Origin: the human T2T-CHM13v2.0 reference genome, Homo sapiens
Reading direction: 5' to 3' (one strand)
Length of the DNA stretch: 64,000 nucleotides
NCBI RefSeq assembly: GCF_009914755.1
Contig: NC_060925.1
In this document: positions 13,320-28,520 of the stretch, piece after piece
Numbering within the stretch: the first letter of the stretch is position 1
Layout: each line of letters starts with the position of its first letter
Translations under genes and position numbers: made by a program
The notes under the pieces: model-generated
Seen by the model: only the letters and a program-made list of their open reading frames with translations
Database searches by the model: none
What the model was told of the DNA's origin: nothing

Positions 13320-13710
13320 TTCATCCAGGACTGTTACGGAGCTTTCATCAGGTTATCAGGGACATAGGCTCTTTCAAAATTCCTTTATCATCTCTTACTG
13401 TATCTGCATGGGTACTATCCTCAAACTTTTCACATGAGTGAAAATAGCTACTAGAGCTCCAAACACCATTTCAGTCAGAAGTTGGAGGAAAAGGGAAATG
13501 ACAAAAGGACACAGGCCCTGTATCTTAAGGAGCTTTTCCAGAGGTTCTTCAAATAACTTCTGTTTAATATCTCATTGGCCCCACATCCGGCTATGAAGGG
13601 GAGGGTAAAGAATAACGTATTTTGCTAGGTGTTTTGCTGCCTGGAATGAAATTTGGGCCCGTTACCATGACAGAAGAAAAGAGTAGATATTGGTAGGCAA
13701 CCAATAGTCC
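13320..13710 (-). mobile_element. Old MLT1 (J/K-like) solo LTR
   Basis: 'aaaatagctactagagctccaaacacca...aacttctgtttaatatctcattggcc...gatattggtaggcaac'. Confidence 0.65.
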
Positions 13711-15689
13711 ATCAGAGAAAAAGTTCAGAAGCTTAGATGAGGGTATGTGTTTACATATTAAAAAACTTTCTCGGGATATGATACTTTCTTTGGTAAGAAA
13801 CACTGATCTGACTTCTGAAGACTCACAAATATTTAGTTTCCATAGATCTTTCTGAGATCTTTGGTTTTGTGTATTTGTTTCTGGAACATTTACATAGCGC
13901 TTATCATTTGCTATTGTGAAGTTCTTTATGGATATTAACTCATTTAATAATCAAAACAACCATAAACTGAGCTCTTTCACATGGACATCTCATACTCAAG
14001 AGAATCAAAACAATATTTTTTTCCTCCAAATATATTAGTTCTTAGTCCTAGTTTCAGTGAATGGCACCACATTCATTTAAGAAGAAGAAAGTCAGGTAAA
14101 CTCTCTGATATGTCACAGCTGACAGAATTTTGAAATAGAGAATTCATCCTCACATTTCCCCCATTACTTCGACCTGTTCACTTGTTCAAACCTCCTTTAT
14201 TTGATGATTTAGAAAAGACACTTGGATATGTGCCTTGGTCCCCTGTATTTACAATTTTCTTAGTTTCTATTATTTAAATTTTATATGTGATATTCTCTAA
14301 TTTACTTATCAAAAACAATTTGTCTCCAAGCAGTGACTCATAGGGTAAGGGCTTTTTAATGCTCATTATAGGTGTTAAGTATCATCTGTTCCTGGAATAA
14401 ACCTGTTTTTATTTTTCATTTAAAAATTCTTCACTCAACTCTTACACAAGACAATTTCTATTCACTCTTTATGTGATAAAATCACCTCATTTTGCTAGAA
14501 ACACAAATAAGTACTTTTAAGCTCATACATTCTCTTTACATTTAAAAATTTTTCAATGTTGCCAAGGATAATTAAAATTTAAGAAGTCACAATACCAAAA
14601 CATATTGTCAAAATATGACACAATTTTAAGTAATGCTGCTTCTATTTTCATTTAGGCCCTGGTTTTTCTATTAGAGAAGTATGACAAAATACAATGTGTG
14701 GCACTATTTTGCAATTCCAGTCTGTAACAACAACTCTAAATACTTTTTCAACCTCAAATTCTTCTGCAAGTCCTCTTCAAGTTGCATGATCACTCTCGTA
14801 TTTTCCTACTTCTAAGAATTTTGCTCTACTTGGAAACTTCTCTGTTTCTGCCTCCTAACGATGCAATTCATCACATGTTGAAAATCACCTCAAATTGCAT
14901 TTGAACCATAGAAATGTGTCATTTCTTTCTTCTATATATCTCACTTTTATCCTACCCATGATAAAATAATGAGTATGTTCAGTGATCCTGTTTCCACTAG
15001 TACTTACACCTTTAGATTCCCCTGAAAAAAACAAGAACCCCCCCCAAAAAAAATCTGTCAAATTTGAGATATCCAAACTCTATCACAAATACAGTTAATT
15101 TATAAACTCATGAAATGTAAAGGGTCAGAAATTAAGTAGACAGCTAGTTAGCTCCTTTTAGAAATATATTTTCTTCGTTTCTCCTAATTATCCTTTTTCA
15201 TGTATCTGGCTGTCATTGCTTGCCACATTTTATAAAAATATTTCCTTCCATGTTTTTAGAAAAGAAGAATTCATGACAAAGGGTACATATATGACAGGGG
15301 AACAAATCTACAGAAAGATGAACAAAAAGTTTAAAGCTCTAAAGGAACTGAGGCTTACACAAGCTGCAAAAGTAAAGAAATGGGCTTTTCTGTTATATGT
15401 AATGCAAGAAGGGAAAGAGAATGTGTGCACTTACTGATAGATCTTTGAGCTCATAGAGAAGGAAAAGTTATCAGAAGACTGGGAATGATCTAATAACGAT
15501 CTTACTTTCAATAACAGAAAGTATATTTGATTAACTACCCTACTTTAGACTTAACACTGGTCCTCAATAATTGCAGAAAATATTTTAAGGATATTTGGTA
15601 GCACTTAGTAAAGGAATAATAATCAAGGAATAAGTTGACAATAAACTAATTATATCAAATACAATTTCATTTTTAACAAGGTCAAAATT

Positions 15690-16330
15690 AATTCAGGTTC
15701 AAATATCCTTCGCATGGTAAACCTGTATTCAGCAGTATGTTTGATAAAATCTTTCATTACTTTTAGATAGAGATCAGAAACGTTGAGTGACCATGAAAGA
15801 CTGAAGATTAATAAAATGATGCCAAGCTGAAGGGAGGTATCTAATGTCATGATACATGGTTCTGTTTTCAGCTCCATTCTGGTCAACGTTTATATAAATG
15901 AGAAGTAAAATATAAAAGAAATGCTTGCTACCTTTTCCAATGAGATAGTAAAAAAAACAAAATCAATTAATACCAAACAAAAATCTAAGATAGTGTCAAC
16001 AGCCTGGAAGTAAATTAAGCAAATGAAGTAAAATAGAAATAAATATTGCAGTTGGGCAACATACGCTTAATCACTGGGATACTTGGTGGTGATTTTAAAA
16101 CATGCATGATAAGACATATTATATTATATTTATAAAATACGTTTTAGTTAAAAGTAAATTAGTTAGGAATTTGTTATGTGATGTGACCCTAAGCTGTATT
16201 AAGCATTTCGTTGAGAAAGAGAGAAGCAATAGTTTTACCATATTCACTTCTGAAGAACTATGTCAGATCAGGAAAACATATCTTCAGATGATTTTGGATA
16301 ACCTGGAACATGAATAGTAAGCAGCTTACC
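15690..16330 (+). mobile_element. L3/CR1 RT remnant
   Basis: 'catggttctgttttcagctccattctggtcaacgtttatataaatg' is a degenerate QGSVLGPVLFNIFIND; 'ttcagcagtatgtttgataaa' is DFSKAFDK-like. Confidence 0.55.
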
Positions 16331-16499
16331 TACTGAATTATTGTGAACGTAAGCCCTATATAAATAGGCTATAGATAAATCCAGTATAGAGAAAAGATAA
16401 AGGGAGATTCAGAGTCCCTATTTCCTCCACTATCCATCTTCTTCATTTTGAAAAATAATGCAGAAAAAAATAATTTTTTGATCAACTCAGAAATACTTA

Positions 16500-17308
16500 G
16501 AATTTGTTATTTAACCCTTCTTCTGAAACCTTATGCCTAAGCTATCAGCAAATCTTGGCAAGGCTACTTCCAAAATATATTTTAAATATGCTTCCTTCTC
16601 TAAATTTTCAGCTACTTCTCTATTCTACAGCTATAATTGTCTATTTCTGGTCAATCACAAATGCCTCTTATTGGACTCTGCCTTCACCATGGCTTTTATA
16701 ATATACATTTTCATTTGTCAAAATGTAAATCCAATCATGTTTCTCTTTTAGCTTTAAGTCCTCCTACTGTTCAAGATGCTAAGTCCTTTCTACGAGGTAT
16801 AGAACATCATCAAAATATGGCTCCTCACCACACAGCCAAACTCATCTCATGCTACTGTTGACTTGGTTTATTACAGTCCTGCTATACTAGATTTAATGCA
16901 GACTCTTGAACAAACCCCAAACAAAATAAGCTATTGCATGCCTCAGGTCCTTGTGTAAGATCTTTCTTCTGCCTGGAACACTCTCCTTCCCAAAATGTGC
17001 ATGGCTAGCTCCTTTTCCTTCAGGACTTAACTTTAAATATTGTCTCCTCAGAAAAACCATCCATAACAATCTTATGAGAAATAGTCCTCCTCCTATTATT
17101 CTCTATCTCAACATCCTACTTGTTTTATTTATAACATTTATCACAATTTTGTTTGCTAACGTAGGTTAAGATTTGTTTTGTTTTGTTTTTTCCCTAGAAT
17201 CTAATCCACAAGGGCAAGGACTTTTCTTTTCTTTTTTACTCAATGCTGAGAATGTTCTCTGACACTCAATAAATACTCAATAATTATTCATTAAATGCTG
17301 AATGAATA
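16500..17308 (+). mobile_element. L2 3' portion
   Basis: 'cctcaggtccttg...ttctgcctggaacactct...tgtctcctcagaaaaacc' and terminal 'aaatgctgaatgaat'. Confidence 0.8.
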
Positions 17309-20300
17309 TAGCCAAAGAGAAATAGCAGAAGGAATGAGTGGAGATTTAGAAACTTCAGTTCAATATGATGTAAAACAAAGCTCCATTCTTTGGAGACAGT
17401 CCAACAACCAGAAATAATTTTAAAAGGAACGTATAGCTTGTATTTTCTACAGGACTTTGCCCCAATAACACATTCAACATTCTCTTCTTTTCTTCCTGAA
17501 TTCTTTCACATCTTTTTGTTACTCCAAAGCTTCTCACTCAGCAACCCTTCACAACTCTTGCATCTCTTTATAAACTGTTTATCACGATTCTCTGAATTTA
17601 GATTCTCTGAATTTTTTGGTGTTTCTATCAACTTATCAATTTCTGAATTTGTCACACACACAAAAAGCATAAACATAAACATGTGGTAAGAATAATTATA
17701 TCTTTAGTCAGATACATCTATCTACCTGTTCTGTTGATTCTATATCACACACAAAAAAAACCAAAACAGCAATTAAAGAGCCATCCTTAGGTAATTCAGA
17801 GTGAAGAAGCTAAGAAAAGATAATCTATAATAGGTATAGAAGTGGGGGAGACATAGTATATTAATAAATCTCATCTAATCATAATAAGAATTTCTCAGAG
17901 CATTATTGAAAATTGGAATAGATTATCTGAGGAGCTATAGAACTCTCCACAATTGACAAATTGAATAAGTACCTGGTTATAAAAGTCAGATGGATTATGG
18001 TACTAGATATGTATTTTCCCAAGAGAGATAATGATTTATCTTTAAAAATTAAGGAGCGGTAGCAGTGGTAACCATTGCCTCTATCTTCTTTCTAGATCAA
18101 GAATAAACACTTTACACTGAACTCTGCTGTCTTTCAAATTCAAGGTGCATTTTCAACCCTTCCTAGTTTGAGTTTCCCAACTTAGCCTAGTTAGAGCTCT
18201 AAAAAATTGTAATTTTGTTTTCACATTCTGAATGATACAAATCAGAGTGCTAATCCAGATCTTACCTTTTCCAGATAATACTCAAAGAGATTATACTAAA
18301 ACTCAAACAAAAAGAGTCGCCTTTATTTGTTTGAATGAAAATCGTTAGCTCTAGTGTCTGGCAGCACAGCCTCTCATTAACATAGTATGCAAAGCCTTCA
18401 CCTTAGGGGGAGGTTAACGTGTACAGCAATCCATGTATGGCAAGTAAATAGGGTTGTCCTCAAAGTGGGTAAACTATAGAGTAGCACTTGGACTCTGCTT
18501 TCAATAATAAGTACTGGCTAACAAGAAAAACCATGGAGAAAGGAGCATGGTTCAAATGGTTTAAAATGAAGTTTTACCAGAAATAGTTACTAAAAAGTAA
18601 CTCTAAAAAGTTACTTAAAAAAGATAACCCCTTTAAGTGACTGGCAGGTTTAACTGAGGTTTGAATAATTGCTACTATCCTGCATTTGATATCAATCTTA
18701 CTTTATCTTAAGAGAGTGAACTAGAAGTGATAATACCCTTGATACGCAGGAGAGAATCCAAAAAGAATAGCCTGGATAAATAAACACAGGAAACATATAG
18801 TATAAATAAAAGAAATGTGACATTTCTCTTCTACACACAACTTAGCCAAGAAATGAGGGCACCTGAATATTATATTATGCTGCAAGTGTCCAGTTTAAGA
18901 ACACATGACAAAAAAGATAATAGAAAGCTTATGTTCCCTCAGTTCAAGAATGGTCTAATAGTCTAAGGTCTATCTTTACTAAGATTGGAGGCACCAATGT
19001 GTAAATTAATGATGCCTACTCTTAGCTACACTACAGTGGGCACTTGGTAGTAGCCTTTGTAGAACCCAGTGAAAAAGAGATGTTGCAAACTTCCATGAGA
19101 TTTTAGAGCAGGTTATAGTTTCAAATTGAGGAAAAAAACAATGCTAGTTTGTGTATTGTAGTAATTGATACTAGGTGGAATAAGTAAAAGAAAGGACATG
19201 GGGAAATTTCAGAATATATAGTTTTCATTTTATTTGAAAATCTCTCCAAAAATGTATTTGATTAATTTTTGTTTACGTTTCAATACAATTCTATTCACAA
19301 CCCTATTTTTCTAGTACGTGGATTACATTATCTAGTAGCTAACATATTATTAGTAATGATTAAAAATAATTCTATATCTTTATCTAAAGATCTCATTTTA
19401 AACAGAGTATAACTTTCCCTTAAATAATTAATATCATTGTTTATAGCCTTCAAAGCATTCGTTGCATTCTACTTTATATCATAGTTATGTCCATTGCTCA
19501 CCCCTAGTAAAAATTACTCTCTCTGAGGACTGAGGTTGTGGTTTACTTATCTTGATATTTCCGCACCAGTTTGATTGTATTCTTCAATCTGTTGTATTAT
19601 CAAGTCACAAACAACAAAAAAGGATAATAAATTTGATTAGTTTATTCAACAACTATGTATTGAATGGCAGCTATATCCATGGCATAATATTAAACATAGG
19701 CACAAAGTTATTATTAGTAAATATTTAAATTATGTCTTTTTCAAAATATTTCATAATTTACTGATTATTTCCCTATGTAGATGTGAAAACAAGAAAAAAA
19801 GGCATTGAAAGTGAGAAAAACATAGTAGAAAGCATAGGCTAAATTCTTAAGCTCCTGATTAAAATCTGCATTTTATTAAACCTCATGTTTTAGGTCAATT
19901 AGTTACGATAATATTTTCAATTTATAAATCTAATCATTTTAATGAAAGAGACATACGTATATGAGTAATATGAGTTTACACTGCTTAAGTAATTTGCAAT
20001 TCTGAAAAGTTCATAGGGTCATGTAAAATTTAATGATGGGCAATAAAATGGAATTTTCAAGAGGGAAATTCTTTTTTCTTAACAATAAAATACATAGCTC
20101 AAGAGTCTATATTTCTAAGTATATTTGAACAATGTCTATATTTATGAAAGATTTAGAAAAAAGCCACAAACGGGGACTTGCCAATATTTTATTACTGATT
20201 AGTTTGCTCTTACTTTACCTAAACACCTTAAGTAATCCAGCAATTTAGAATTTATGTGTTTTAAGTTTGAGTTTGAATCTGAGGAGGGATTTATATTTTT

Positions 20301-23300
20301 TCATGAGAAAAATGTCTCCTATTAACAAAGTAGCTATATATATATAATTATATCTCTAAAGTAAGGCATATTACAATCTACTTGCATGTACTTTATAAAC
20401 ACATATTGATAAATTATGAAATTGACTCAATAACAATTACTTGAATAATATTTTCTAAAATTGAGGTTTTATCCCCCTGCAACTTGGAACAATATATTCA
20501 TTTTAGGATTTCAGAATATTTCTTAAGTGTTACTTCATGTAAGTTTTTATTACAATACTGAAGCCTAAAATGACTGTCTCATATGAAGTATAGTTATGTT
20601 TCTTCTCCGCCAAATGCCACATGTATCTCTAAAACTTCAGGGACTCTTTTTATCAAATGATGGATTATATAACAAGGCAGAAAATACACACACACAAACA
20701 CACGTGCTTATGTATGTACATATATATCTCCTGAGGCTCAGTCTCAGTAAACTGCTATCACTCACCCAAGGTAGGCAGCCTGAAAATTCTACAGCCTCAG
20801 TACAAATCTTAGTCTGTTTCACTCCACATTGTATTCAGCATAGCTTGCTTAATAACTTTATGCCTACTGCTCTGGTCAGAAATATTTCAGCCACTGCCCA
20901 AATGTTAATTATTTACAAGACTCCAATATTCCGGGGACTGGATAAGGTGACTCAAAACTGCCCTAGTTGGCAAACCATTTCTACCAACAAGCTTATTTTA
21001 AGTTCTTAAGCAATTAAGGCAAGTGTTGTCAGAATCTTGTATATTTTATTTTTTAAAGGCCTTAATATAAAGAAATGCCTGCAAGTGACTGTAAGTCTCT
21101 CTGGGCTTTGTAGGTGAATTTTGTCAGCAAAACCCAGGCTTATATGGAGTATCTAAAAAACTATCTTAAGTAGACCAGAGAGCATCAGTGTGATTCAATA
21201 GTTAATATTTTCCTTCCAAGTCATGCTGCCTAAATAAGTTTTGAGAAAATTCAGTGCTGTTGATGTATAGGTAAGTCATAAAACACAAATCTTTGTCATT
21301 TAAAGCTTATACCAATATTGAAACACATTGAAATAGCCAATCTCTCTTACATTGAACAAATAAAAATTCATTCTAAGTAAGTGGTAAAGAATGGTGCTTT
21401 TATTGATCTTATTATCTTTTTCATTAAAAAAGGATGAACAGCTTAAAAGTTTTTGCATTAGCAGTCTCTGCAAAGCAATTTTTATGATGGTATGTTTCAT
21501 TCAATTTAAGAATTGTAATGTTAGCTTTCTTATATGAGGAAGGAAATAATATCATGAACATTTTAATGCAAGTTTTAAAGTGTTAATAAATGCTAGCTTG
21601 AGTGAATTACTAAGTGTATTTCTCTTTTCAACTTTACACTTATCTTGTGTGTACAGCTGATATCCCTAGTGTCCAATCAGAGACAAGTTTTCATCCTGTT
21701 GTCCAATGAATGATGTGCATAATTCCTTTTGGCACTGATGAGAGATGAATACACACATCCAGCCCACTTCAGTGAAAATTGACCCATAATTTTTTTTTAT
21801 CCTGAAGAAAAATACAGTAATAAAGTTTAAAGATGGAAAAAATCAGTTAAACTCTTGAGGTGTACCATTAGTTAACAATAATCAGCAAACATTACATTTT
21901 GCCTGGAGGACAGTGAGCTCAAGATTTGCTTTTAGGTGCTCATGAATTCTAATAATCTTGGCTCTCCAAATGATAGCAAGAAACCTAAACATGTGAATTT
22001 TCACATTTCAATGAGCTCAAAAGTTAAAATTCAAAAGGACAGACATACTTTTTAATTATTTTCTTCTATCTCTACTGTCCCCAAATATTTTTCTTGTGAA
22101 ACGAGTGTATGCATTTCTGATAAATATTTAGCAGTTGAGAATATATATTTATTTCCCACAGAAAGACAAAAAGTGCAGATCTTATGTAAAACTCCAATGC
22201 TGTCTCTCTAGTAGTATTATCAAGATAATACCAGAATTCTAAGAATTAAGGGGAAAATGACTTGGCATACTGAGGCAGACTAATTGTCATATATACCAAG
22301 TATTTTACCTTTAATAGTAGTAAAAAGGAATATGCCGTAAAAAGTTGTTTATCCACCAAAACATTTTAATTTTCTTTAATAACCCTTAAGAATCTACTAT
22401 TCATTAATTTATCTATGTGATTTATTTTTGGTCTGTTAATATCATCAGCCTATAGAATTTCCAGAATAATGAATTTCATTATAATGACCACGGTACTGGT
22501 AACCCCCTTACTTTATCTATCTTTGAAGGGTATTCCAAGTTCTACTGTAACAGGACTGTCAAGAAAATCAGTTTTATTTCTATAGCTCATAACTTTATGT
22601 TTTATTCTTTGACTTGCATCTTATAATGTTAATGTATTTTCTTTCAATGATTCCCTTCAATCTTCCCACCCACATACAAATATCACAATGATAAGCAGAT
22701 TCTGTCAGCTATTATTTTATATTAGGGCAGTAGAATAATGTTTTCACAAAATATATGAAAATGATTATGTGATTTATAAGTTGTAACTCAAAACAATATA
22801 AATAGAATTTGGATTCTGCTTTTTAAATGCAACAGATACTATTTTAAATAAATAAATATTTTTTGAGTGCATCCTATGTGCGTATCACTATGCTAAGTAC
22901 ATGGTGGCAAAAAAAAAAAAAAAAATAAAACACAACCTGCCATAAAATGGCTAATATTTTTAGTGTAAAAATGTTCATATAGAATAGTCACCTTAAAAGG
23001 AGGTCGAATATAAATAAATTTAAATAAAGACATAAACAAACCTGAATAACATCAGAGAGAGACTAATTTCCCCTAATACTAAAAGTGATCTTTACTAAAA
23101 GAGAATGAATCTTCATTCTGGATGACATCAGAGACTATGTTATTTTATTTACCATTGCAAGTTGAAGTGAAGAGGGAAAAGATAAAGAGGTACAATCTTG
23201 GAATAAATTATTCCAAAATAAATTGAAGGAGTTACCAGGAAGGAGGTTTTAGCCTGGGAGCCCAGAATTTAATTTAAGGCAAATGAACAAAGGCTTTTAG

Positions 23301-24967
23301 TGCCTACTTTAAGATAGCATAATTGTAGAAAGAAGGCAGTGTGCTGGAATGGAGGTGAAGCAGAGAAGGACATATAGTGATGCTTTTTATGTCAGACCTA
23401 TCTGTGAAAAAGACTTTGCTCTCAATAATTGACTGATTGATACATAGGCACTAAGATCAAACACAGTTAATTCTAACACACAATTCTAATAATGGAATCT
23501 CTCACAATATGCAGCCATGGTTTGCTTCTGAGAAAAAAGCTGCTGGTAGAAATAATGCTCCATCTCTGTAATCACCCTCTCCATCCTTCGGAGCTACTAA
23601 ATCAACAAACAGAGACCCCACTCTCTTTCCAGTTCTAGTACCTGTGACAGGAGCTATTTAAGTGTCTTCAGGCCAAAATTTAGAACTCTTGATAAATTTA
23701 TCTTTGTGAACAGCCTAACATATAATGCTGGTAGTTAGGTTTTTACCTCATTTTGAGACTTCATCACCCCTTTCTGCCTTTGCAATGTTTCCCAGTTTCT
23801 TCAAACTTGACATCTGCCTTGAGCCATTTCCTAAGCCTCTATTCTACCTATCCAGTCTTTAGTCCGAGTTTTCTTCTTAAGACAATACTTCAGCATGGTG
23901 TCTGGGATTTGATACCTGATGACAGATTCCATTAACCGACTTTTAATCTTAACCTGGTCCAATTTCAATGTTGCTAAATGCTTCATGACAGTTGCTCAAC
24001 TCTTTCTTGCCATGTGGACAATGAATAGAGCTTACAGTACTCACTGGATACCAGACTGATTCTCTTTTTCTAATTCCTAGTGCTATAACCATTCTGTCTC
24101 CTGTACTGTCATACTAGCCCAGTCCAAATTCTTCCTTAGTTTAACCTATTGTGTTTTAATTAATATACCATCACCTGTGAATCTCAAGATAAAGTGTATG
24201 TTTAAGTTTTAATATGAGTAATAGGCTAAAAGCTCTAAAAGTTATCAAAAGATTGAGCTCATTGGAAAGCATCTTAAAGAAACTGGGAACATGAGTTAGG
24301 CAGATGTAAAAGAGTAAATAATACTTAATTTACATTAGGAAAACATGAGGCAAACAGGTAATAATGGACAAAAGACTAAAGAGAATGGTGAACAGACAAC
24401 AAAAAACAATTAAACAGTAAGCCAAAACACCCATAAACTCCTGTAATCTATAATCCTATTATGCTCTTTTATCTAGGCTCTAGGAAGTTTTCTACACTAT
24501 CTTGTCATCTGTAACATTTCACCACCTACAAAACTTTAGGCTGACAGGTGTAAGAACTTACTCTTTACTCTTTCCTTCATATCTTAATTACAATTAAATA
24601 GCAATCCTAACATTTGGTTGCTTATATGGAAGATTAAATAATAAATGTAACTTGTTTACTCAAAGTATTTTGATAAATATTATGCATATAACTCCACAAC
24701 TCCACATATGGTATTAAAATATATAGAGAGAACTTTTATTGCCAAATAATCATTTTGAGTGCTCAGGTGAAATTAAAATGTTCATTAACAGCCCTATCCA
24801 CTTGTTTCCACATTTTGTCTCATACATCTCTATGTTTAAGATAATTTCCTTTCCATTAACACATTTGCCAAGCTAATTCTCACTTCCACAGTTTTGATCA
24901 TATAGTTTTCTTAGTTAGCATTTTCCTTCCTCTGTTCTTCTGAATAGTATTATTTAAAATTTTATCT

Positions 24968-24990
24968 TTTTTTTTTTTTTTTTTTTTTTT
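24968..24990. repeat. Poly-T tract (~23 nt)
   Basis: Directly visible; no attached retroelement body recognised. Confidence 0.9.
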
Positions 24991-25399
24991 ACTTTTTGGC
25001 TTTCATTTTTTTCAATGATCCACCACAGAGTTGGTGTTTAATTATATAAACGTATTGGTCTCTATTTCATCTGTATTCCTCTATTACCTCATCTAAAATG
25101 CTATTTCATAAAAAAAAATCTACCCTCTTTAATTATCCCATTGCATGTTGAGGTGAAAAAGGCACATAAGAGCATAGAATGTGAAATTTTTAGCTAATCT
25201 TTAGTACTTATGTAAAAACAATCTGTGTTGATATCTGTATTGATACTTATATCTATAAATTTGTGTGAGTACCTATCTACGGACCTTTAAGTATATGAGC
25301 AAAACTGATTTTTTAATTATAAAGACCATCATATTTGCATTATACTGTGTGGCCGAACAGTGGGATAAATCAGTATTTCTATAGGTAAAAAAGTCATCA

Positions 25400-25707
<308 letters not shown>

Positions 25708-26034
25708 CAATTGTCTCTCAGATATTTGAATATTCTTTCCATATGTCAACTCTCAGAAACTAACTCTCCACATAGATTTCTATCCATTATGAGTCTAAAA
25801 ATTACAAACATTTCGTAAGTTTTTTCAGAGAAAATAACACAACATTCATACACATGGGAGGAATTATTTGCATGTTAATTTCTGAAATTTATTATAATGA
25901 CATAAAATGCTTACATTTTAGGATAATAGATTTAAATATTAAGCATAAAACAATAACAAACTATACCATTGAAGATTCTTAAGATTTTTTGTCCTTCAGT
26001 AGTAGCATACCTTTTAAATAATATAAATTATTCA

Positions 26035-27441
26035 ATGCCAAAATTATATATACAGACATACGTATCAATAAAATAGAACTTAGAGTCCAGGAATAAATCC
26101 TTCAATATAGTCAATTGAATTCTGACAACAGTACCAAGATAATTCAATAGAGATAAGAAATTTTTCTCAACAAATGGTAGTGGGACAAGTGGATATCTAT
26201 ATGTAAAATAATAAAGTCAAACCTTTACCTCACACCACATGAAAATTAGCTCATGATAGATTATAGGTCTAAATATAAGAGCTAATACTATAAACGCTTA
26301 GAAGAAAACATAGAAAAAAAATCTTTGAGGCCTCAAGTGAAAGAATGGTTTCTTAGATATGACACAAAAAATAAAGGCAACAAGAAAAAAATATAAATGT
26401 AAGTTTACCAAAATAAAAAGCATCTGGGATTTAAAGAATACCATTGAGAAAGTGAAAAGACAACCCACATAATGAGAAAATAACTCACAAATTATATATG
26501 TGATAAAAGATTTGTATCAAGAATATGTAAAGAATTCTCACAACTCAATAATAAAAAGATAATCTATTATAAAATGATCAAAGGATTTAAATAGACAGTT
26601 CTCCATAGAAGATATATAAAGGGACAATAAATACACAAAAAGATGCTGGCATCATCAACTGCTAGGGGAATGCAAATTAAAACCACCATGAGATTACTTT
26701 GTATCCTGTAGAACAGTTATAATCATAAAGACATAAAATAACAAGTATTGGTTGGGTTTTGGAGAAATTGTAACTCTCATGCATTTATCATGTGAATGCA
26801 AAATGGTACAACTGCTATGGAAAACTGTTCGGCAGTTTCTCAAAAAGTCAAGTGTAGAATTACCATATCATCCAGTAATTTCACTTTTAGGTATACCCAA
26901 GAAAACTAAAAACATATATTCATTCAGCAATTTGTACATGGATGTTTAGAGCAGCATAGTTAAAAATATCCATAAATTAGAAGGAACTCAACGAATGAAT
27001 GGAAAAACAAAATGTGGCATATCCATACAATGGAATATTATTGAGCCATAAAAAATAAATGAATTGTTGATAAATGTTACAACATGTTTGACATGAGATT
27101 TGGGCAGTGAAAAAAAGTGTTTCAACATGGATGACTCTTGAAAACATTATACTAAGTGGAAGTAGCCAGACATAAAATAACATATATGCATGATTCCGCT
27201 TATATTAAATGCCAAGAATAGACAAATTAATGGAGAGAGAAAATAGATTAATGTTCCCAGGGGCTGTAGAGAGAATTTCTAATGGGTATGGGGTTTCTTC
27301 TGGGGAATAATGAAAATTTTATTTAATTAGTGATGATCGTTTCACAAATTTGTGAATATACTAAAAACAACTGGACTGGACACTTAAAATGTTTTATTTT
27401 AATGGTATGTGAATTACATCTCAGTAAAGATGTTTTTAAAA
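26035..27441 (+). mobile_element. L1MB (MB7/8-like) 3' portion
   Basis: ORF2 3' remnants ('ttctcaacaaatggtagtgggacaagtgga', 'atgcaaattaaaaccaccatgaga'); 3'UTR ends 'gtatgtgaattacatctcagtaaag'. Confidence 0.88.
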
Positions 27442-28164
27442 ATGGTGAAGTTGGCAATGTAGCTTCAGTAGTGTTTCTCAAAATTATAACAAAATGTAAA
27501 CAATGTGAGATACCAAAGATAATTAACATAATAGCAAGAGACCTGAGAAAATTATTATAATTTTTCAGGCAATTTAGGATTCACATTTTCAAAAACTGTA
27601 ACACTTTTTACTATTTCTAGTGGTAACTCAAGAATGTAAAAAGAAGCCAAGTAAATATGAATTTTACTATGTTTTTACTGTTTGATAAAACTGAAGCTCA
27701 AAATAACTAAAATGCAGAAAACAACATATTTATTATTAATTACTAGCTATAACACTTCCAGAACTTTCATTTAAACTTGGTAATAGGATCTTATGCATTT
27801 TCTGTCTTTGGGGATCCAAATATAAATTATTTGATGGCATCTACAGAATTATAATAAATCAGGATTCAAGATAGACTAGTCAGAATGGAATAAAAAATCT
27901 ACAAAATAGTTTTTTTTTTTAAAACTGAAGTGCTAGGAAGATGAGAAAACTATGAGAGAACTTTAAAACTTAAAAATAAATTATAAAATCAACACAAAGT
28001 ACATCAGATTTAGTATTTAAAATACAGCTAAAAAGAGATAATGATTATCAGGTCAAAAGAAGACTGTACCAGAAATACTTAGTAATGAAAATAAAATTTG
28101 GAGAGTAGAGACATCCATAACCAGGACTGGTAAAATATAAATTTGGACTAATTCTCAAGTTTCA

Positions 28165-28520
<356 letters not shown>

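Noticed and set aside
18585-18630. Repeating 'aaaaagttact'-like units as a CRISPR-like or binding-site array
   Set aside because: Short degenerate A-rich repeat with no unique spacers, in eukaryotic DNA.
22908-24990. Isolated poly-A (~22908-22925) and poly-T (24968-24990) as processed-pseudogene tails
   Set aside because: I found no recognisable mRNA body and no convincing TSD.
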